Shown here piece by piece: positions 11,901 to 43,059 of a DNA stretch of 64,000 nt. The notes under the pieces were generated by a model that saw only the letters and a list, made by a program, of their open reading frames with translations, ran no database searches and was not told the DNA's origin. Numbering within the stretch: the stretch's first letter is position 1; each line of letters begins with the position of its first letter. Source of the DNA: Antedon mediterranea (taxonomy: Eukaryota; Animalia; Echinodermata); the NCBI RefSeq assembly GCF_964355755.1, contig NC_092672.1:4774001-4838000 (forward strand), in the 5' to 3' direction. The translations under genes were made by a program, and so were the position numbers.

Positions 11901-13662
11901 CTAGTTTGATAGTGTAGACAGAGCTTTAGATACTTTAATGCCTTGGCTATCTATATGCTGATGAGTTGCGTTTTCACTTTTTAATAAGATTTCTGACGTC
12001 GTAATTTTTTCTCAGAACTGTTAGTTACCGTATGCATGTCATTCATTTTTTCACGAAATGTAAAATGCTATGTCTATCACTTAAGGCATATAACCTCGGT
12101 ATGATTTAACTTCTTTATCATATTGCATACCGATTAAGAATCACTTTACAAGTAAATCTGGAAGTAATTTTCAATATCAATTATGTTTTTGTCCGATTCA
12201 CCCAGCCCGATCACTCGTCGCTCAACTTACTCCAGGTAATCATTACGTTCTCTCGGTTTAGAATTACGGTGGTTAAATGAAAGTATGAATATATCAACAC
12301 CTAGGATATCATCGTATTAAATAAATAAACGAATGATGGATATTAGGTAGGCCTATACACTTTAATCGTTGTCGTTATGAGGTCAGGAGTTATCCGAAAA
12401 ACATCGTTCGGCACTTAAACTTACGACACTGGTGAACAGAATTGAATGATTGTCAAAAGAAATTGAAATTGAAATTATCCCCCTCACCCCACCGGCCACA
12501 CCCGGCTATCCCCTCTCTCCACTCTACACTAGTCTATCATATAGGCCTACCTATAAATTCGTTCATTACTGTATACTACTAAATCTAGTAATATGACATT
12601 TCATCGTGTTTTAGATACAGCTCATACTGTGTAACATTCACCATTCAAAAGGTTAATAAAGGATGCCGAAATCAGGTTAGCACCAAGTGGACTGACGTCA
12701 TAACAAAAGGTACCTATATTGCCAATTTTTAAAAATACATACCTATATTAGGAAGATGCATAGTGTTTCAGCTAGACTTTGTAGATGTGATATATGGAAC
12801 GTTTCGTACATACGAGAAGACACACGTTTATGCAAATTATGTACCGTATTCAAGAAATGAAATGCTTAAGCTTGGTTCCCACGAGAACGTAACACAAGGA
12901 CGTAAACGCAACGCAAGCGTTTTAACCAATGACAATCGAAGTTATAGACAGTTAAGCTTGGTTCCCACTAGAACGTAACGCAAGGGACGTAAAGGCAACG
13001 CAAGCGTTTTAACCAAGGACAAGCAAAGTTATAGACAGTTAGCAATCACAAGCGAATAAGCCATCGCTTGTGATTGGTCAATTCACTTGCGGTGCGTTAC
13101 GTCCTTGTGTTGCGTCGCTAGTGGGAACCACGCTTTAGCATTTATGTAACAAGAATGACGCATTTTTATCTCCTGCATAAAAGCATACAATTTTATTTTT
13201 ACTGGTCCAACGATAAATTCCAGGTCTTCTAAAGCTCTGTCTACACTATCAAACTTCATGTGACAAAATAATGTGGTGTGCCCATATGTACACGATGATG
13301 TCATATCACTACCATATTTGTGCACATCACACTTTTTTTGTCGTCTAACTAGTTTGATAGTGGAGACAGAGTTTCAGATTTTTTATAGTTTATTTCTTTT
13401 CCTTCTGAGAGAGAAGCAGTGTATACAAAGTCATATTTCAAACTAATTCCATAGTTTCTGCTGTATTGTAGGTACAGAGCTATGTGTGCAGTGTGAAGAA
13501 CCAGCCATGAAAGACGATGGTCTGTGTAGGGGAGATGGAGTACAGGGGGAGAGGACAAGATGGACGGCCATTGATTCCCCTGGTTGTAGAGGACGCTGGA
13601 TACGAAAGAATATTGAACAACCCTGTACATGTAACACGGGCAGCGATTTTATTTTTGTCTAG
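5933..13662 (+). CDS. SBSPON: Somatomedin-B and thrombospondin type-1 domain-containing protein (SBSPON/RPESP), 5 exons, 269 aa
   Basis: Exons 5933-6167, 10337-10531, 10619-10712, 12615-12709, 13472-13662 total 810 nt with consistent phases. Signal peptide MNNLLLILVPFLGLFVKVDA; SMB domain (CYCDSHCISTKDCCVDYDRTC); spondin-type TSP1 repeat (DCVVNDWSHWSGCNAQCGIG..R.R....EGGKPCP....RAC); C-terminal domain YCVTF...CVQCEEPAM...C.GDG...W.....GCRGRW......PCTC....FIFV*, matching the SBSPON family architecture. Confidence 0.9.
6300..6453. mobile_element. MITE (PIF/Harbinger-like)
   Basis: Imperfect TIRs GGCCAATTTACACAGACG / CGTCTGTGAAAATTGGCC; non-coding interior. Confidence 0.6.
6840..7990. repeat. 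100-bp-unit minisatellite in SBSPON intron 1
   Basis: Six near-identical units at an exact 100-bp period (about 7062-7661), with degenerate copies on both flanks. The unit is built from the sub-motif (G/C)ACTTATT. Confidence 0.95.
10910..11266. mobile_element. GC-rich hAT-like non-autonomous element interrupted by a family-B MITE
   Basis: Ends CAGTGGCGTAACG / CGTTACGCCACTT are near-perfect TIRs of CAGTGG type. No clean 8-bp TSD remains. Confidence 0.5.
10951..11114. mobile_element. MITE family B (TIR AGCTTGGTTCCCACTAG; Harbinger/Tourist-like), representative copy
   Basis: TIR pair flanked by a TAA duplication (10948-10950, 11115-11117). Other copies at about 9654-9816, 9945-10140, 12869-13134 (compound), 13816-13970, 13975-14112 and 23703-23851. 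Confidence 0.85.
11767..11925. mobile_element. MITE family A (TIR AGCTCTGTCTACACTATCAAAC; Harbinger/Tourist-like), representative copy
   Basis: About 22-bp TIRs in a TWA context with an internal 21-bp ATATCACTACCATATTTGGGC motif. Other copies at about 3028-3051 (half), 8960-9106, 13233-13373, 17605-17722, 19594-19786, 20255-20370, 23902-24035, 24479-24609, 24680-24780, 28475-28603, 29127-29203, 31575-31669, 33128-33269, 33891-34101, 56950-57078 and 58061-58207. They explain the many short 'KYGSD' and 'YHYHIW' ORFs. Confidence 0.9.
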
Positions 13663-14661
13663 GCCTGGAGAAAATATTAATTTTGTTAAGTTGTAATTTG
13701 TGTCATCTGTTCACCCCGGAGTGTGCCTACCATACCGCCATCAAAGTGCGGAATTCAGCTGCAATGATATTACGAATCTCGTATCTCAATCATAAGTCCC
13801 TGTTTCTTACACTAAAGCGTGGTTCCCACTAGCGACGCAACGCAAGGACGTAACGCAACGCAAGAGAATTGACCAATCACAAGCGATGCTGTCTATAACT
13901 TCGCTTGTCATTGGTTAAAACGCTTGCGTTGCGTTTACGTCCTTGCGTTACGTTCTAGTGGGAACCAAGCTTTAGACGCAACACAAGGACGTAAAGGAAA
14001 CGAGATTTGACCAATCACAGGCGATGGATTATTCGAACAGTCGGTTGTCATTGTTCAACTTGTTTGTGTTGCGTTTACGCCCAAGCGTTGCGTCTTTAGT
14101 GGGAACCAAGCTTACGTGACAGGGATAGATAATGTGTTTTTATTCCACACGATCATAAAAATGTTTTTTTTTACCGAATTAACCTAATCGTAAGTGACGT
14201 ACTTTAAAGTGCTGTGTGCGCTGCACGTGTTTTATCACAACGACAAGCACTAATATATAATCTTAATAAAAAGTATCTCGTAAAATGAATGTTTATTATA
14301 AAGATATGATATAAAATACGGTTTCGCTTATTGATGCAAATGCATGATTCGGTGTCAATCTGGTTAAAGGAACATGTATGAGTACGTAGTAACGTAATTA
14401 TGATATACAATTATAACGTTTGATTTATACAGTATTTAGGCCCTATGTGCATTTTCTGTATGAATATTTTATAAGCATTATTTATATTTAGCTGTAGAGT
14501 TTGGTAATATTTAAATTAAATACTGTTTAGTTTATTTAGAGACGTGTAACCGATTGTATTGTATACTGCAATAAAATAATTTTAATGATAAAAAAAAAGA
14601 AATCGTACATGATACAATGTAGGCTGAACAAAGTAATACTAACTTGCCCGGATCAATTTAA

Positions 14662-14869
14662 AGATATATTGTCCCCTGAAAAAATAATTTTTTAACATTT
14701 TTGTTTTGAATATGCAATTTTAATGTTACAAAATATTTATTCAATTTTACCAAAAATTGGATCGGAAACAAATAATTTACCTTAAAACACTAAAATTTAA
14801 AGCTTCAAAATGGACTATTCAAAGTATGATTTTATAAACTTTTTAATGATTTTGGGGGACAATACATCT
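14662..14869. mobile_element. Kolobok-like MITE
   Basis: TIR AGATATATTGTCCCC / GGGGACAATACATCT, flanked on both sides by TTAA (14658-14661, 14870-14873). Confidence 0.75.
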
Positions 14870-16860
14870 TTAAACATTTTGTATATTTTGGGCAGTTTGT
14901 TCGATAAATATAATTTGGGGAGCAGTCACCAATCTACTATGGAATGCTTGGCACAATTTAGGACAGAATTTCTGGAGGTCTTGATAACCAATACTATGAA
15001 AAGAAGACGAAAGTAATTTAACGATTTGTAGGTTTCTGCAGTGTCGTAGCAAAATATGGTACACAAAATCATGCGCCGACGGCGTGCCATACTTGTTGAC
15101 CAAAAGCAGCATATCGATCGTATAAAAAAGGAAAGAGAAATTCCATAAATAGGTGATTGAGTGTACATAAATTCAAATATGATAAACTAACTTGTTGCAG
15201 ACAAATTATATTAAGTGTAGTATTGTGTAAAAATACAATTCAAAAATGTTAAATGAACATAGTGATAAATAGTATCATGGGGTTTTTTTGTAGTAAAAAA
15301 TTAACGATTTTGTAACATTCGAATTTCTGAATAATCTCAAAAGGACACACAAAACAAGAGTTCATATATGGTTGGCCCATGGTCTTTTATTTTCACGACT
15401 TTTGATTGAATTTTTTCTCACATTACATAGATTTGTTAAATTTTTTTTTTTGTAATTTGTTGGAAATTGTTACGATCTAACCAAGAATAGAGTTGTTTTT
15501 GCCATCAACTAAAAGCCACACATATCTAAAGAAATCTATGATAGATAACTCATGAAATCATATTACAAATGCTATACACTAGACGAATACAACTTCACAT
15601 TCCACAAGAATAAAGCAATTTCACTATAATTCATTGCTACGTACATTATTTTTTTTTTTTCAGGGGGGTTTTTCCCCTACATATAATTGTTTTTGTTATT
15701 TTTTAATACTTTGCCATTTAAGCGCCGTAAAACAGCTCTGAATTCAACCAGAGTACAAAACCGGGTTGGTATAATTGTTTTTTAAACATCTGATTATATA
15801 AACTCAATCTAAAAATATCATAATATACTGTTTTATATTTCAATAAATTTTTGGATTTGACAAAATTAAAAAATTAACAATTCATCATGTCAAATTATTG
15901 GTAATAGATATAATTTGGGGTTTGTTTATAAACCTAATTGTAACATTACATTTGGACAATCGATTTCTTTATTAACATTATCGTTTTTTTTCTACTACAT
16001 TCAATCTTCATTTATAAAATGATCACTGTATACCACCATCACCTTACAAGGGAATTATATAGCCATAGTATAAATCTATACAAGAACAACACAACATAAT
16101 ATCATGCTTTTGGAATAAAACTTCAATATTAATATAGTAAATATAATAATAGTAATATCATCTTGTTTATATTAAACATTTAAACAAAAAATTAAAGTGA
16201 AAACTAACATTAAAACCTAGTGCTGCACCATCATGAAATGTGCAAAAATCTCGTAACACTATTATTTTCTGGAAAAGGAACCGGATGTATTTTAAAAAGA
16301 AGTTCAACAAACTTTAAATGACCTTTTGTCCATATTAATTCAGACAAATAAAACCATATATGGTCATAACTGATAGCCATGTGACCTAAGTCATAGACTT
16401 GCAGTTGTTTGCTAAGATGTGATAATTTTGTCATAGATTTATAAACTAAAAAGTTTTAAATGGCAAAAAAATATATATTGCTCATAGGATAAAGTACTTT
16501 AATTAGCTAAATCAAGAATCGTTAATATTCTTTTCCGCCGACCAATCAAATATTGTCGTTCTATAATCATGGTTATATATCATTTTCGAGTAGCCTCTTT
16601 TTTGTTATGTCTTCATACCTTAGTCATTCGACAGATCTATAATTACAATACCGGGAGTAGTTATATTAAAATGCGTGCAGTGTGAATCGTCCCCTAACGA
16701 CGATACAATTTCATAATTGGGTTTTTATTAATCATTTACACTGGGTCGCACACTGAGGTTATCCACTAATCATTCCATTCATTCTATATTCATTTCAGGT
16801 ATTATATATCCTCCTTCTCCACACAATTGAATATTAAGTTCTCATATCATGAATGTAGAT

Positions 16861-37561
<20,701 letters not shown>

Positions 37562-37760
37562 TGCCTTTATTTCTAGTTTCCTGTCACTTGGTCCTGTAGT
37601 ACCCCGTTCCAATAAGGCTTTTCTATGCGAATGAAATGTATATAATCTTTCACTATCAACATTCGTAGGCCTACAATGGCCGCGCCAGCGTACATGCGAG
37701 AGGCATTAGAAAGTAGTTCCGGTGGGAAGCAAAAATATTATTCCCTGACGCGATCAGCAT
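37562..37760 (-). promoter_or_regulatory. Probable CLTC 5' UTR / core promoter
   Basis: Locally GC/CpG-richer segment just upstream of the ATG, with a YY1-like ATGGCCGC and an ETS-like TTCCGG. TSS not determinable. Confidence 0.35.
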
Positions 37761-39458
37761 TTTTTTCATAGCAAAAATCAATAAATTATATCATCAACAA
37801 TAAATTTTCATTATTTTCTTGATTGCAATGACATAATATTTTTAATTTTTCAATACTTGATAGAGATGCTAATGAATGTATTTGAAGGTACACAATTTTA
37901 ATGATAATTCTCTTCGAACTTATTTGTTGTGCCACATACATGGGTGACGGGTTTCAGGTATTATGACGCAGGACCACAGTTGTATGATAATGAATAGAAT
38001 ATAACTTCCGGAATTGGTTGGAAGTTTATTGTATAGTAAATTCCGTTAGATCTACATTAATTTTATTAATAAGAGTGTATATATTTTGCGGTGTATTTAT
38101 ACGAAATTCAGTTGAATAACTTACGTATTCACGAACGTGGCTCTCCATAAATTGCACCCATCAAAAAATATATCAACAAATCAAAATGTAGCCCATTTCT
38201 GGTACAAAATTGGATAATAAAGGCCTAGGCCTTCAGTAGTTTTTTAAAAAGTGGGCTGAAATAATTTATGGGCACTATTAACAATATTGAAAAGGAAACT
38301 ATATAGGGTGAAGACATTTTGGAAATTTGATGATGATGGTGTGGAGTTGATTTCCCATTGAAATTTGATGATGACGACGATGACAACGACAGCGATTGCG
38401 GTTTGATTAATTAATAATTAATTAATAAAATATGAAAATACACATGATTACTTATATGGCGTGACGTTTTGTTGTAGTATTTCCGTAAATGATCCGGCAT
38501 AAATACCGCCGGTTCACTGTCCTAGGGGATTTGTTGTTAACAAATTCTAAGAACCTTAGACTGTTCTTCTTCCTCTGGTTTGAATCGAGTTTGTGTCATG
38601 GAATCTGTGTTCAGTAATACGAAACATTTACACAAAAATATGAAAGTTTAATCACCATAAATATAACAGAAACCGATAAGTTACGTGAGACCTTAAATTA
38701 CTTAAATGGCAGTATTGCACTTTTGCATTCAATACAAAATTACTATAAAAAAAATTATGGAGAATATGGAAATGTGTATTTAATCAATTGTTATTTGAAT
38801 AAGAAAGCCGGGATTTCTGCAAAAACTTAATAACATAGGCCTAATTAATAATTAATAGTATTTAATATTTACTTATATCTACTCATACTGTTGAAAAAAA
38901 AAGCAAGATATCAGAGAATGCTAAATATGTGTACAATTCTTACATAATTTACAGAAAAATAAATTAAAAACTTAAAAACAAAAATGAAAAGTAAAAGCAG
39001 CGCTGATTAAACTACTTAAAAATTGCAAAACGTTTCCAAAATGTATAATAATTAAGTTTTTTATTTATACAAAAGTAAGAATAGAAAGAAATGTAAATGT
39101 AATGAAACACATATTATTTCACTTTCATTATACAATTGTATTTGTGCCTATTGATCATGACATATTTAAAAAGTCGAAAAATACCGTAATTGCTTTTAAA
39201 ATACTCTAATTCTTCACCTTTCTCCGTATGATTCACCTTCTTTTTTTCCAATGGTAAAACAATTGGTGGATTAGTGCTTTAAGCAAAATGGGTCCACTCT
39301 GTATAATGTTTATAAATTAGTGTACGTCAAATACTGTGTTGATTCAATATATTTCTTTAACATTCAGGCACTTGCACTTCACGGGTGAAAATCATACCAC
39401 TGAAGCGGGAATGAAATAATGCCTGTTTACGGAAAAAAGCACAAAGTCTTTACTAACA

Positions 39459-40391
39459 TCAACAAGTCTCGATTGTTGATTTTAAAGGTTTAGGCATGAG
39501 TTTTTTTAAAAGACGACGCAGAGCACGTGAAAATCGCCGGAGACGACAAACATATATGAACGGATTCACAGCCGAACTCATTGTGACTAGAACTTCTGCA
39601 ATCAGGTCATACCAATACACGTCTGAGCGTTGGTATCCGAATAAGTATACGATCGGTCTCAGAGCAAACGGCAAAAACGCAATACCGAATGCACCGACGA
39701 TCAAAGCGCTTGTTTTAGCCGCTTTTAATCTTTTACGAATAATCTTGTGTGTGCTGACTGGAATACTGACTATGTTTTTGCTATGTCTCTTTGCTTGCAT
39801 AAACATTTTGAAATACATTATGCTGACTAAAATTGTACCAGTAGACACGGTGACCAACGACATGTAACGCTGAGCTTCTATCAAGTGTGGATCCATCTTG
39901 TAGCAGAAGAAAATGCCTTCGTTTTGTGTAATTTCGCCAAACAATTGTATGACACCGTAAACACAGCCTATAATCCATGAAAATGCAATAGAAAAGTACA
40001 CTTTTGGGAATGTCATTAGTTTATAATACTGCAGTGGTTTCATTATAGAGAAGTAGCGATCCACGGTGATAAACACTAGATGCAAACAGGAGACTAAAAG
40101 GAATATTTTTACAGGTACGAACTGTAACTCACATTCATCAAAATCCTGTAGATGGAGAGATCTGCGTGAGATACAACCCCACATATACATGGGTACTGCG
40201 ATAATTCCTGTGAGTAGGTCCACAAACGCTAAGCTTCCCAGTAAAACAAACTGTGGTTCGTCAAAACTTCGAGTTTGTCGAATTAAAAAAATAACAAGTG
40301 CGTTCCCAGCAATAATAAATAACGCCAATGGTATATACACTGATAGAACAAAAATTGAATTATCTCGCATTTCTTCAGATGTAACATTCAT
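39459..40391 (-). CDS. Intronless rhodopsin-class (class A) GPCR, odorant-receptor-like, copy 1 (310 aa)
   Basis: 7 hydrophobic segments; TM1 GN, TM2 LAFVD, TM3 VDRY, TM6 F...FLP, TM7 NPFIY; N-terminal NVT sequon. Confidence 0.92.
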   Translation of the reverse strand: MNVTSEEMRDNSIFVLSVYIPLALFIIAGNALVIFLIRQTRSFDEPQFVLLGSLAFVDLLTGIIAVPMYMWGCISRRSLHLQDFDECELQFVPVKIFLLVSCLHLVFITVDRYFSIMKPLQYYKLMTFPKVYFSIAFSWIIGCVYGVIQLFGEITQNEGIFFCYKMDPHLIEAQRYMSLVTVSTGTILVSIMYFKMFMQAKRHSKNIVSIPVSTHKIIRKRLKAAKTSALIVGAFGIAFLPFALRPIVYLFGYQRSDVYWYDLIAEVLVTMSSAVNPFIYVCRLRRFSRALRRLLKKLMPKPLKSTIETC

Positions 40392-40974
40392 GGTAAGTAT
40401 ATGTTTATCCTTTGTTAATTGAATGTATATTAATTAATTTTTAAAGGTTTGACTTTACATAAGCAATTGAGCAAAACCAACATTTCCGTCCGCTACAGTC
40501 GCTACAGGTACTGGGCATGCGTAGTCCAAGCGGGAAGTATGTGTAGCCTATACAATAATATTATAAAATCTTAATAGTGAGTGATGTTATATTTCGACTT
40601 TCATTTTTAGGCCTATATAAAACAATGTTAAGAATTTAATATGAAGTTAATCCAATATCATTAAGAGGCCTATCCTGGTGGTAGGTGTCCGGACGATGAA
40701 AACCATTCATCACTTTCAACATCGTTGTCGTTGCTTAACCAAGGCAATCTCAGGACACTGAGCTCGCCTTGCCAAGACATGAACACATAACAGTTCTTTG
40801 ATCTATGTCTGGTTGCGACAAATACCAACAGTACTGTACTATGTACACATTCCCCCCGCGGCGCGCGGTGTCTGTTGACAAGCGTGGAACTGATTGTGTC
40901 ACAGCCACAGTAAACCCTTTGATCATGTTGTTAGATTGTCTATAAACAAATCTTAATTTTATACATTTAAAAAA

Positions 40975-41098
40975 GAACAAATTTCACATTTTCTCATTGT
41001 AGTTAAGTTTGGTCTGCTGGTCTGTCTGCTGCAGGTTCCACGTCTTTTATCGACAACAAACCTCTGTTGTTTGTAGCTGTTCAGTTGTAAAAGATGGA
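40975..41098 (-). pseudogene. C-terminal remnant of a GPCR paralogue most similar to copy 2
   Basis: CACGTCTTTTATCGACAA..CTCTGTTGTTTGTAGCTGTTCAGTTGTAAAAGATGG aligns to 53862-53919 (tail of the 344-aa GPCR) with indels; the rest of the gene is missing. Confidence 0.65.
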
Positions 41099-41567
41099 CT
41101 TATTTAGGCCTACAGTCATGTGACGTTGCGACATATCAGATGAGCAATTGCTATTTTTTGTCAATAAAGGAATATGTACGCCTATGTCGATAATGATCTC
41201 TGCAATTATAAATAACGTCCGACGAATATGGATTCTGTCAATGTTGATGACCTGGACGATAATCCAGGCACTTTGAACAAAACGATCCGTTGTGACGTTA
41301 CTATTAGTATTTCCGTAACCATTCCGACATAACCGGCACGCCGGGTTCACTGCCCTAAGTTAGTGAGAAAGGTTTTATTGTTAACAAATCCTTCCTTCTA
41401 TGAAATTTTGTACAGTTTATATCCGATGTATAGGAAATATACAAAATATGAAAGTTTATTCACCAATACCGATAATAAATATAACACACGGAAGAATAAG
41501 AATATGAGATCCGTTATACATTATTTACTAAACAATGACAGATCCGGACCTAAATTACATTCATATT

Positions 41568-41750
41568 AACTAGAAGAAACCACTCTGAGAGCGCAAACCT
41601 CCGCCTAGGCATATGACAATTGAATCTCATGTTCCCGTTAAAAATAAAATTGGGCAATAACTTTCTGGGAACCGTGGCCTGCTAATAATAAATATAGAAA
41701 CAAGCCCGATTAACCTCACAACATTTCACCATTTCTGGCGGCGGAGGTAA
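41568..41750. mobile_element. Helentron-associated (HINE/DINE-1-like) element
   Basis: AACTAGAA end with the subterminal inverted pair ACCTCCGCC / GGCGGAGGT followed by an A-run. Confidence 0.45.
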
Positions 41751-43059
41751 AAATAGTACAACAACCACAATTAATAGAAATGTTAAATGCGCTTAGTTAG
41801 TGTATAGTTAATAAGAAGCCTTGGACATTTTGTGCAAAATATATTATGTAATACTATATTTTTTATCCTATTCTTGGGTCGAAGAAACCGAGAATGACAC
41901 CATACAAGTGTAGCTATAGGCCTACAATTCTTTTATATCATTTTTACAGACAAAATATAATATAAAGGTGACTAAGATATTATAAAATGTTCAAAAATAC
42001 ACATTTGGAGTTCTATTCCAGATAATGTTAAAAGAGCGAGCTCTGAGTCAGACTGGATAAACTTCAAATTAGCTGGGAAGATGGAAACCAGTATGTAAAC
42101 TTAATTGAAGTTGAAGATGAATATCATTTTGTTATTAAAAATAAAATTATAGATTCAATATTTTTTATTTCTGCCGTCTAATGAATGCGCTGGTTGCACA
42201 GCATTTATTATCAAATATATAACATATTTAAAATTTGTTGTTTGTACGCAGACAACGCTCTTAAGATTAAATATAAAAACTTATGCAAATACATAGGCCT
42301 ACTTATCTTGCTTATACTTTTTTTTCTTCAGATATATAGTTTTTATTTAGAGAATGATATTAATTACTTTTTTATGTGGCCATATTTCTTAATCGTAGGC
42401 CTACTAAAATGAATGTACCTACAATTTAGTCAAAATTGGCCAGAGGCCTAAAGGTCAATGCAGTAATTAGTACAGTTTATTTTAAATGAATACGTAATTT
42501 CACAGTGACGGATCATCATTATCATCAACGTTAGCACCGTGTTAAATTGGACAAACAACGTCTAGTTAAAAACTCATAAAAGTCTCGTCTCTTCGATCTG
42601 TTTCAGGGTGTCACGAAAGCTCAGACCACGAAAGCTCAGACCCCCTAAGACCTAAGATCACGAAAGCTAAGACCCAACACCTAAGATTACAAATACTAAG
42701 ATATACTACAGCTTAAAAACAATACTTGTTTATCCATACATAATTTTAAACACAGTAGGTTTCATTTATTACCATAAATATAATTTAATACTACCGCAAA
42801 ACATAGATAAACTCACATTATTTTCGCCCGTTGAGTAAATGTATATTTTTTCTTTACAACAAACAAACTTGACGGGTTGTTTGTTGGTATATATTTACTC
42901 CATTGTGTTGCTTCAGAGGATGTTTTTCTTACGCACCTGCCTTTCTTGTATTTTGACTCCAAATTTGTTGACTAACTTTATCCTGAACACCACACTTTAA
43001 AATTAGGACTTATAAGTACTTTCAGAAGGAGAAACACATAATAACAAATAAATAAATCC

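Noticed and set aside
39496-39867. Conserved antisense ORFs over the GPCRs (also 53893-54270 and 58276-58641)
   Set aside because: Shadow ORFs: their similarity follows from paralogy of the sense genes.
42000-42140. LINE-like peptide traces (GRW..CKL..EVEDEYHFV; also RLRASAH near 56140)
   Set aside because: Probably old non-LTR retrotransposon debris, but too fragmentary to delimit or classify.
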